This document shows positions 56,222 through 64,000 of a stretch of DNA of 64,000 nt, one piece after another. A model generated the notes under the pieces. The model searched no databases. It had not been told where the DNA came from and saw nothing but the letters and a program-made list of their open reading frames with translations. The position numbers and the translations under genes were made by a program. The stretch's first letter is position 1, and the number at the start of each line of letters is the position of its first letter. Source of the stretch: Candidatus Hydrogenedentota bacterium (lineage in GTDB: Bacteria > Hydrogenedentota > Hydrogenedentia > Hydrogenedentales > SLHB01); the NCBI GenBank assembly GCA_045863295.1, contig BTWA01000022.1:36366-100365 (forward strand), in the 5' to 3' direction.

Positions 56222-58696
56222 GTGTTTGGTGTCACTTACAACTGGCGCACATTCTCGCAGATCGCACGGATAGTGGGCATCATTATCCTGATTACCATCA
56301 ATGCGAAGGCGGCGCCTCTCCCTTTTTCTCCAGTAACTGTACTGCTGGACGGATCACACCCGTTTGCCTCTATCCTTGAGAACGCATCCAATCTGACCTC
56401 GGCCGGCTTTGGCGGCGTCGTACTGCCTCCCTTTGTCGATGTCGAGTCCGCGACATCCGCTCACAAGCTATTATTCAAATCCGGGCTTACCTCCAATTTT
56501 GCGCGCATATCATTGGATAGTGAAACGCCCGCGTTTACCAGCGAGGCGGGCTTTCAATCTTGGATGCACGCCCTAGAATCTCAGACTTCCTGGTCAAATT
56601 CTGCCGGCTTCACCGGTGTTGTCCTACGCGTGGATGCCCAAGCCTTTCTTTTTACCCTGGCTTGGGACGGCCACTCTCCGGATATTGCCAAGCCCAACGG
56701 ATTGATCGATCATGCCTACGCAACTGGCGGCCAGCTGGCGGACGCGGTATGGAAATCATGGCCGTCCGCCAACGTACTGCTCGAAATTGAAAACGCCGAG
56801 GCCCCGGGTCCGCTGGTATTTCCATTTCTGGCGGGTTTTGCGCGCCATGCCACGGGCCAATCCAAAGGAAACTGCGATTTTCTATTTCTGACACAGTCCA
56901 ATGCCGGGGGTCTGGATGACTCAATCTTCGATGCCCTGTGGGCCCGTATTCGAGCCTTTCTTCCGATGGACGACCCCGCCAACTCAGAAAGTCGCACTGG
57001 GCGGGCGACGTTTCTTCAGTCGCCACCAGCTACAGACCTTGCTTGGGCAAAACTCGTCAGCACACGCGTCATCTTAGTGTCACCGGGCGACAATCTCACG
57101 CTGGCCACGGCCCGCTCCGCAGTCGATGCGTTCACCCGCGTCGCCCGGCAGCGCGTTCTCGGCGACGATCGAGTGGTATTGACCGGCGCCCGAGGCGCCG
57201 CGCTGTATTTTCCACAAGGCCTTGCCGCGCCGATGGCATTGGAAGGCGTGCGCGATCCGCTCGAGTGCCTACGCATAGACACCCATGAACTGACCCGGAT
57301 TCATCCCGACCCGTCCGGCACGGCAACGGTAGAAGCACAGACCGGCGCAATCCTTATTGATGGATTGCCGGTTGCGGCGTGGACAACGCCGGCGGGGTTT
57401 TGGATGGACACGACGGCGCGATTCTCAACGATGACGTGGCCGTTGACATGCGGTTGGAACAATGGTTCTCCCTTTCATGTGGCCGGACGGTTTGACGTGG
57501 CCGCACCCGCGCAACTCGCATTTTTTCCATCCGGCACTGCGATTGACTTGCGTTCCGGCGACGGAATTCAGTTGCGCGGTACGCTACACGGTCCGTTTCG
57601 CACGGGCGAGCCAATCGATCTGCGCCTCCTAATTTCACCCCGCAGCGGCGCTGCAACCACTCATCACGAAACGGTGCGCGTGCCGCCCAGGACCTTGTGG
57701 CAAGGCACGTTAGACAGCCCTGCCGTCGGCAACCCTTGCCTGATTGAATCGGAAACGGGCGACGTTATGGTCCTTGCCGTCACTGTTTCCGGTGGCATTC
57801 ACGGAATTACCGCTGACGGATCGTTGGCGTGGGCTCGATTCGACGGAAAGGGATACCGCACCGGTCCGGTTTCCCTGGTACACAGGTCCGGTGTCCGCAT
57901 GGGCGCAACGATTAACCAGTCCGGCCGGGCGGCCTTGTGGCGCGCGGACGGAACCCTGCAATGGTCCGCCCAATTGCCGGCGGGCAAACCACTCGCGTCC
58001 GTTGCCGCCGATGTACACCAGTTTTCCGGAGAGGAATGGATAATCTGTTTCGACGACGGCCGCGTAACGGCATTGTTGTCATCGGGTCTGCCCGCTTGGC
58101 GGATACGATTGGAGTCACCGATGGAATCGATATCCGTGGCACCCAACGCGGAAGGTTTGCCGACGCACCTAATCCTCTCCGGTGACAAGGAGGTCCACTG
58201 TCTTGCTGCAAACGGCGATTTGCAGTGGAGCGCGCCACTCGAGGCGCGCATCACTGCCGGCCCCATCTCGACTGGCGACACCATCGTTGCCGGGCTGGCG
58301 AACAGAGACGTCGTGTGGCTCAACGTCACGAATGGCAAAGAAGAACAGAGAACACCGTTGGAGGAGGCCGCGTTCGCGGTTCTTACCGTTTCAGAAGGGG
58401 TTGTCGCGGCTACGCCATCCAGGATCCTCTTGCTGGACGGCAATGCAACACTCCAGTGGGAGCACGCCGGGCGATTTGTAAACGCGTCTGCGTATCCCAG
58501 TGAAGACGGAATTGGGATTTGGGTCGACGTTGCAGGCGGCGGAGTTCAAGTGTACGCCGAAGACGGATCCCCTCGCTGGGTTTTGTACCAGCGTGGCGCC
58601 GTTTCTATTGGGACACCCGCAGCCGTGCCGCATACGACCAGAATAATCTATGCCGCCTCGGACTTCACCCTGTCCTGCATCGACCCTGACTCGTAA
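56222..58696 (+). CDS. Secreted protein with C-terminal PQQ-like beta-propeller repeats
   Basis: Signal peptide; repeated ADGSLAW, ADGTLQW, ANGDLQW and EDGSPRW blades. Confidence 0.7.
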   Translation: MFGVTYNWRTFSQIARIVGIIILITINAKAAPLPFSPVTVLLDGSHPFASILENASNLTSAGFGGVVLPPFVDVESATSAHKLLFKSGLTSNFARISLDSETPAFTSEAGFQSWMHALESQTSWSNSAGFTGVVLRVDAQAFLFTLAWDGHSPDIAKPNGLIDHAYATGGQLADAVWKSWPSANVLLEIENAEAPGPLVFPFLAGFARHATGQSKGNCDFLFLTQSNAGGLDDSIFDALWARIRAFLPMDDPANSESRTGRATFLQSPPATDLAWAKLVSTRVILVSPGDNLTLATARSAVDAFTRVARQRVLGDDRVVLTGARGAALYFPQGLAAPMALEGVRDPLECLRIDTHELTRIHPDPSGTATVEAQTGAILIDGLPVAAWTTPAGFWMDTTARFSTMTWPLTCGWNNGSPFHVAGRFDVAAPAQLAFFPSGTAIDLRSGDGIQLRGTLHGPFRTGEPIDLRLLISPRSGAATTHHETVRVPPRTLWQGTLDSPAVGNPCLIESETGDVMVLAVTVSGGIHGITADGSLAWARFDGKGYRTGPVSLVHRSGVRMGATINQSGRAALWRADGTLQWSAQLPAGKPLASVAADVHQFSGEEWIICFDDGRVTALLSSGLPAWRIRLESPMESISVAPNAEGLPTHLILSGDKEVHCLAANGDLQWSAPLEARITAGPISTGDTIVAGLANRDVVWLNVTNGKEEQRTPLEEAAFAVLTVSEGVVAATPSRILLLDGNATLQWEHAGRFVNASAYPSEDGIGIWVDVAGGGVQVYAEDGSPRWVLYQRGAVSIGTPAAVPHTTRIIYAASDFTLSCIDPDS

Positions 58697-58703
58697 TACG
58701 CGA

Positions 58704-59576
58704 TCACACGTCGCAGATGAGCGCGGCCTGCTTCAGGCTGGCTATCGGATCTTCGCGGCTTGGAATGAATTCTTGCGCCAGATAACCCGTATAGCCGGTT
58801 TCGACGATTGCCTCGCAAATGCACTTGTAATTCAATTCCTGGGTCTCATCGATCTCGTGCCTTCCCGGAACGCCACCCGTATGATAGTGGCCAATGTAAT
58901 CCTTGTATTCGCGAATCGTGTCGATCACATCGCCTTCCATGATCTGCATGTGGTAAATGTCATAAAGCAATTTAAATCGATCCGACCCAATCGCCTTGCA
59001 GAGTTCCACGCCCCAGACGGTATGATCGCACATGTAGTCTTTGTGGTTCCGTTTGCTGTTCAGCAATTCCATGCAAACCGTGACACCCAAAGATTCGGCC
59101 AGCGGCATGATCCGCTTCAGGCCCTTGGCACAGTTCTGCAGCCCTTCGGCATCGTCCATGCCGCGGCGATTGCCCGAAAACACGATCATGTTCGGAAGGC
59201 CGGCCGCCTTGACCAACGGTAGCAATCGCTCCGACTCCGCGACCAGCTTGTCGTGATCGGCGGGCAGATTCCACCCTTCGCTGATCCCGCTGGGACCATT
59301 CGCCATGGCGCAGGTGAGTCCGAATTGTTTGATAACCGGCCACTCATTCTCGCTTAGGAGATCGATAGAAGGCATGCCCATCCCGGCCGCGGCCTTGCAC
59401 AGTTCCTCCAACGGAATCTTGTAGCACCATTTGCAGACCGACTGCTTTAATCGTCCCTTCAATTTGACGTCTCCCGAGGCTTGCGCGGCGCTGGAAACGT
59501 GAACCGCGCCAACGGCGGCCGCGCCGGCGAAGGCGCCCAATGCGGCACGGCGGGATAATGCGGGTTGCTCGGACAT
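58704..59576 (-). CDS. Tat-exported hydroxypyruvate-isomerase-family TIM barrel protein
   Basis: SRRAALG, QSVCKWCY, MELLNS, LLYDIYHMQIMEGD, HTGGVPGRHE. Confidence 0.92.
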   Translation of the reverse strand: MSEQPALSRRAALGAFAGAAAVGAVHVSSAAQASGDVKLKGRLKQSVCKWCYKIPLEELCKAAAGMGMPSIDLLSENEWPVIKQFGLTCAMANGPSGISEGWNLPADHDKLVAESERLLPLVKAAGLPNMIVFSGNRRGMDDAEGLQNCAKGLKRIMPLAESLGVTVCMELLNSKRNHKDYMCDHTVWGVELCKAIGSDRFKLLYDIYHMQIMEGDVIDTIREYKDYIGHYHTGGVPGRHEIDETQELNYKCICEAIVETGYTGYLAQEFIPSREDPIASLKQAALICDV

Positions 59577-59680
59577 AACGTGGCTCCTCGTTGCGTAGTG
59601 TACTCGCCCGTAATCGGTCCCGGATCGAAATGCTATGGTACACTACCGCCGGTTGATGGATACAAGGGGGAACTTGGCGC

Positions 59681-60595
59681 ATGCCAGAGCGAAGACAGAC
59701 GCACCTCGGGACGGGTATCCGCCTGTGCGAAAAGGGCAACCTCGTGGCCGTCCGCGCCCGCACTTCCACGACCGTTTGCTGGGCGATGCTGTGGATAGCC
59801 GCATGTTCCGTCACGGTGCTGGGGTGCGCCAGCACGCCCGCTCAAGACTCGACCGAAGCGACCACACCCATGGATCCCATCGAGCAACAAATCAGGATGA
59901 TTGAGGCGGACCCGTACAATCCCGAGTCGCATTACCGCCTGGGCAACCTGTATTTCGATGCCCGGCAATACCGCATGGCTTTGTCGTCGTATGATCAGGC
60001 GATCGCGATCAAACCGGACTTCGCCGCGGCCCATTGCAACCGTGGACTGAGTTTGCGAAATCTAGGAAAGAATGCGGAGGCAATCGCGGCATATAAGCGC
60101 GCGTTGGAAATTGAGCCGCAGGACCCAATCACCCTTTCGAATTTGGTGGCGGCACTGCGCAGTGTGGGCGATTTCGAAGGCGCACTCCACTACAGCCTGG
60201 ATTTGATCAAGTCCACGCCGGAAGACCGTGCCGCTCTGCTGGATCTAGCCGAATTGCTGACACATATGAACCGGCATGACGATGCCGCGGAGGTATATCA
60301 GGCGCTCATCAAACTCGAGCCGGGGCAGGCAACTCTGTACGCACGGCTCGGCCAATGCTATTTCGACATGCGCGACTACGACCGATCCACCACCGCGTGG
60401 CTCACGGCCATCGCGTACGACCCGTCCAATGCCGAAGCGCGACGAATGTTGCCGCAAGCCTACTATCGTCGCGGCGATTTCGACAAGGCATGGGAGGCCG
60501 TCACGGAGTGCCAGACGCGATCCATCTCACTGGATCCCGACTTCATCGAAGCACTTCAAAAGGCCTCGCGCCGGGTAGGTCCCAGCCACCAATAG
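59681..60595 (+). CDS. TPR-repeat lipoprotein
   Basis: Lipobox VLGC and several TPR motifs (AHCNRG..L..LG..AEAI.AY.RALEIEP). Confidence 0.85.
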   Translation: MPERRQTHLGTGIRLCEKGNLVAVRARTSTTVCWAMLWIAACSVTVLGCASTPAQDSTEATTPMDPIEQQIRMIEADPYNPESHYRLGNLYFDARQYRMALSSYDQAIAIKPDFAAAHCNRGLSLRNLGKNAEAIAAYKRALEIEPQDPITLSNLVAALRSVGDFEGALHYSLDLIKSTPEDRAALLDLAELLTHMNRHDDAAEVYQALIKLEPGQATLYARLGQCYFDMRDYDRSTTAWLTAIAYDPSNAEARRMLPQAYYRRGDFDKAWEAVTECQTRSISLDPDFIEALQKASRRVGPSHQ

Positions 60596-60601
60596 CGCCC
60601 A

Positions 60602-63511
60602 TTAGTTCACAAAAATCTCGTCCAGCGTGACTTCCCGGATTTCGCCATGCGTCTTGATCGATTCCAGGTCGAACTTGGACGGATCGCCCACAACCGAAAT
60701 GAGCTTGGGCTTTCCTTGAATATTGGCTTTATAGAAATCCAGCACCGAATCGAACCCGGCGGAACAAATGAATTCATAGCGTGCCTTCCGTGGATCCGGC
60801 TCCAGCCCCAACAGTTCCCAAGTCCGGATCGCGCCCGGAATTTCCCGGAATCCGAGCCGCGTGCTGCGATACAATTCCATCAAGCTGTCCTTCGCATTGG
60901 TGAACCGCTCCGGCGATTCCGGCATCGTGTCGATCAATTCCATGAACGCACTGAGCGCGTCGGGTGTCTTGTCGTTTTGCGTTCCGAGCGACGCGGCGAA
61001 CAGATCCTCCTCGCCTTTGCGGCCGGCTCGCGCGTAATAACCGCGCACCGAATACGCAAGCGCGCGCGCCTCGCGCATCTCCTGAAACACAAGGCCACCC
61101 ATGCCGCCGCCAAAATAGTTGTTGAACAATTGTGCGGGGGCGGACAGGGCTTCATCGTATCGCTTACCTGCGGAATCGATCTGTACAATGGATTGGGCCG
61201 TTTCTTTGTTGAAGAACAGCAACTCCGTTTTCTCCGGCGTACGCACGGCATAATGAACCGGCGCGGGCGGGTCCAACGGCGTACCGGAAACCGGAAAAGC
61301 GGCGTCTATCTTGGCCATCACCGCTTCGGCGGGCAGCGAACCGGTGTAGGTAACGTGGAACCGGTAGCCCGTAAGCTGCGTCACTCGCTCGAACAGCTCG
61401 GCCACGTTCAGTGCCTTCACTTCCGCGGACGGTAACATGCGCAGATACGAAGAATCCTTGCCATGCCGGTTATATTCGATTAACGCCGACGAAATGGCCG
61501 GGGCCTGCTTTTTCGCATCCTCGCGGCTAATCAGTATTATGTTAATGAGCGTATCCAGGGTCGCCTGATCGGCGACGGGATGGCGCAATAACTCCGCCAT
61601 GAGATCCACGGACTGGTTGAAATTCTCATCCAATCCGGAAAGGTTGATGTAGGTCTCGTTGTCCCCGACACCAAGCGAAAAGTCCGACCCAAGTTTGTAC
61701 CATTCCTTCTTCAGATCTTCCGCCGACAAGGCGCCGGCGCCCGCCTTGTTGAGCAGTTGCGCCGCAATCCCCAGACGGTTGTCGTGATCCGATCCTTTCT
61801 CCACCCGTAGGGTCAAGCCGAAAAGGTCATTGAATGGATTGTGCACATACGTGAACGCGCGTCCACCCTGGGTCGACGCCTGTTGGTAATCCCTGCCCGG
61901 CTCAATGAAGTACGGTTCAAGCGGTTGGATCGGCATGGCCATGATTTCGTGAAAGAAGGGCGACGCGCGTGTGGGATCGATGGCTATTGGATCGATCTGC
62001 GGCTTTTCGATCTTGGGCACTTCGTGCTGCGCGTCCCGCCGGTAGCCCACCACGTAGCCCCCGCTGAAATACTCATTGGCCACGCGCACGACATCCTGTT
62101 TCGTCAGTTTCTCCATGCGCCCGATGCGTCCCAGGGTGTGTTCCCAAGATTGAAAGGACAGAAAACTGTCGCGCAGCATATTGACGCGCGCTTCATTGGA
62201 CTCGAATTGGGCCTTCTGGCTCTTTTTAAAGTCATTGATGATTGCGGGTATGATCCAGTCTTCAAATTCACCTTTCTTGATCATTGCCACCTGTTCCAAT
62301 AGCAGCTTTTCCACGTCCTCCAGCGTCTGGCCATCCTTGGGTACGCCATGCAGATACTGCGCGCCGTAGTCGTTGTATTGGTAGGGATGAGAACCGGCTT
62401 GACGCACAAGTTGACGCTGGTTCAGATTCAAATTGATCAAGCCCGCGACCGAATTGTCGAGAATCATATCAAGCAGTTGAAGCGGTTCGGCATCGGGATG
62501 GTTCTGCGACACGGTGCGAAAGCCGATGAGCACGTATTCCTCGCCCTGGAATTGCACGGTGACCCGCTCTACATCCTGGATGGGCGCTTCTACCCAGGTT
62601 GTGGGTTCTGGCAGATCACGGGGTTTCCACGGCCCGAATGCCTTGTCAAGCAATTGAATCGTGGGTTCGATTTGAATATCGCCCGAAATGGCGATTGCCA
62701 TGTTGTTCGGCACATAGTACGTGTCAAAGTAATTCCGGATGTTGACCAGCGAAGGCCGCTTCAAGTGTTCGACTTCGCCCAAGGTCGTCTGTTGGCCATA
62801 GGGGTGCTTTTTGTATAGCAGCTTCTCGACGGCCTCGCTGATGGCCCGATCCTTATTGTCCATGGAACGGTTTTTTTCTTCGTACACGGTTTCAAGCTCG
62901 GTGTGAAACAGGCGAAAAACGGGATTGACAAATCGCTCCGATTCTATCGCCGCCCACTGCGCCAACCGGTTGGAAGGAAGATTCACGCGGTAAACGGTCT
63001 CCTCCACCCACGTGTGAGCATTCAGTCCTGTGCCGCCCATCGCCTTGTATAGCTTGTCCATTTCATTGGGTACGGCGAATTGCGCGGACTTCTGCGCTTC
63101 CGAGTTGATCTCCGCATAAATTGCCTTGCGCTTTTCCGGATCGGCTTCGGTGTAGTGCTGCTCGTATAACGCTTGAATGCGATCGAGATGGGGCTTCTCG
63201 GCTGCGTAGTCCAGGGTGCCCATTTTCTGGGTGCCTTTGAATAGCAGGTGCTCCAGGTAATGCGCCAAACCGGTGGTTTCCGAGGGATCGTGTTTGCTCC
63301 CCGCCCGGACGGCAATCTCGGAGTAGAAACGCGGCTCTTCGTGATTTTCCGTTAGATAAATGCGCAAACCGTTGGCCAGTTCAAAAATGTGAACCTGCAT
63401 CGCATCGCCGGGCTGCGGCGTATACACCGTCTTGTAATCGCACCACGCAGGCGCGGTCAAAAAGCCCGCCATCAGGCCCACACATACCATCACTCGTTTC
63501 ATAATCGCCAT
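60602..63511 (-). CDS. M16 (insulinase) family zinc peptidase, secreted
   Basis: GLAHYLEHLLFKGT (HxxEH), LNAHT, ELETVYEE, second inactive M16 half with FQEMREARALAYS. Confidence 0.95.
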   Translation of the reverse strand: MAIMKRVMVCVGLMAGFLTAPAWCDYKTVYTPQPGDAMQVHIFELANGLRIYLTENHEEPRFYSEIAVRAGSKHDPSETTGLAHYLEHLLFKGTQKMGTLDYAAEKPHLDRIQALYEQHYTEADPEKRKAIYAEINSEAQKSAQFAVPNEMDKLYKAMGGTGLNAHTWVEETVYRVNLPSNRLAQWAAIESERFVNPVFRLFHTELETVYEEKNRSMDNKDRAISEAVEKLLYKKHPYGQQTTLGEVEHLKRPSLVNIRNYFDTYYVPNNMAIAISGDIQIEPTIQLLDKAFGPWKPRDLPEPTTWVEAPIQDVERVTVQFQGEEYVLIGFRTVSQNHPDAEPLQLLDMILDNSVAGLINLNLNQRQLVRQAGSHPYQYNDYGAQYLHGVPKDGQTLEDVEKLLLEQVAMIKKGEFEDWIIPAIINDFKKSQKAQFESNEARVNMLRDSFLSFQSWEHTLGRIGRMEKLTKQDVVRVANEYFSGGYVVGYRRDAQHEVPKIEKPQIDPIAIDPTRASPFFHEIMAMPIQPLEPYFIEPGRDYQQASTQGGRAFTYVHNPFNDLFGLTLRVEKGSDHDNRLGIAAQLLNKAGAGALSAEDLKKEWYKLGSDFSLGVGDNETYINLSGLDENFNQSVDLMAELLRHPVADQATLDTLINIILISREDAKKQAPAISSALIEYNRHGKDSSYLRMLPSAEVKALNVAELFERVTQLTGYRFHVTYTGSLPAEAVMAKIDAAFPVSGTPLDPPAPVHYAVRTPEKTELLFFNKETAQSIVQIDSAGKRYDEALSAPAQLFNNYFGGGMGGLVFQEMREARALAYSVRGYYARAGRKGEEDLFAASLGTQNDKTPDALSAFMELIDTMPESPERFTNAKDSLMELYRSTRLGFREIPGAIRTWELLGLEPDPRKARYEFICSAGFDSVLDFYKANIQGKPKLISVVGDPSKFDLESIKTHGEIREVTLDEIFVN

Positions 63512-63578
63512 AACCCACCTCATGCGTTGTTGCGAAGGAACGATGGACAGCCGGATCCAGGACGAAGCCCGGAGAGAT

Positions 63579-63830
63579 TTATGCAAACAGACTCTCTGCA
63601 AATGCTTCCGAAAACGGCATCCCAGGTTCATACCCCCGGACCCACTCGCCATTTCGAATCAGATAGGGCACGCCCAACTTGCCCGTCTTCGCTTCCAGTT
63701 CAGCCGCGTGATCCGGATTCTCCCGGATATCGCGCAGCTCGTAGGGAATGCCATTCGCATCCATATACGCCTTGAGCTTTTGACAATCCGAGCACATCCG
63801 GGCGGAATACAACACGGTCGAATTTTGCAT
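63579..63830 (-). CDS. Glutaredoxin/NrdH-like redoxin
   Basis: CSDC active site, GVP, VRGY. Confidence 0.85.
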   Translation of the reverse strand: MQNSTVLYSARMCSDCQKLKAYMDANGIPYELRDIRENPDHAAELEAKTGKLGVPYLIRNGEWVRGYEPGMPFSEAFAESLFA

Positions 63831-64000
63831 CTATCGCATTCCCCTTGCGCCTTCTTAACAACCGTAGACGACCATATATTGCCCAAACCGGGAGACGCGT
63901 GTCATGTCTCAGGGAATAGAATCATATGATACAATCATGCGGACTGCGAAAGTACGGGTGAAAATGCCGAAGAAAAGCGCAAATATAGCCATTCGCCCCG

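Noticed and set aside
63512..63652. N-terminal extension of the M16 peptidase ORF
   Set aside because: Overlaps the glutaredoxin gene; GAGGTGG RBS and the signal peptide support ATG 63511

Overview
64-kb GC-rich bacterial chromosomal window. The gene content (many Tat-exported Gfo/Idh/MocA, sulfatase, DUF1080, DUF5060 and heparinase-like proteins, a TM-fused ECF sigma factor) suggests a Planctomycetota-like or Candidatus Hydrogenedentota-like organism; this is inference only. The flanks (1-30 kb, 46.8-64 kb) are mostly ordinary: sugar catabolism, a MacAB-TolC-type exporter, topA/smg, ECF modules, csp and an M16 peptidase. The centre (about 30-46.8 kb) is a repeat-rich plastic zone built around an SOS mutasome cassette (imuA-imuB-dnaE2). 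That cassette is split by about 7.3 kb of cargo, and imuA and imuB each carry a near-identical LexA-box promoter. The cargo includes a second, truncated imuA, a decayed REP-associated tyrosine transposase (RAYT) between ~85-bp inverted repeats, an orphan DNA methyltransferase and small orphan genes. Main non-coding observations: (i) two ungapped 247-bp double-hairpin MITE-like elements with different 4-bp target duplications (CTAG, TTAG); (ii) a 23-24-bp hairpin micro-module found inside both the MITE and the unrelated RAYT-flanking REPs; (iii) an unexplained ~250-nt rod-like structured RNA candidate upstream of smg-topA with a retron-like layout but no reverse transcriptase nearby. All protein-family calls come from motif recognition by eye, without database searches.
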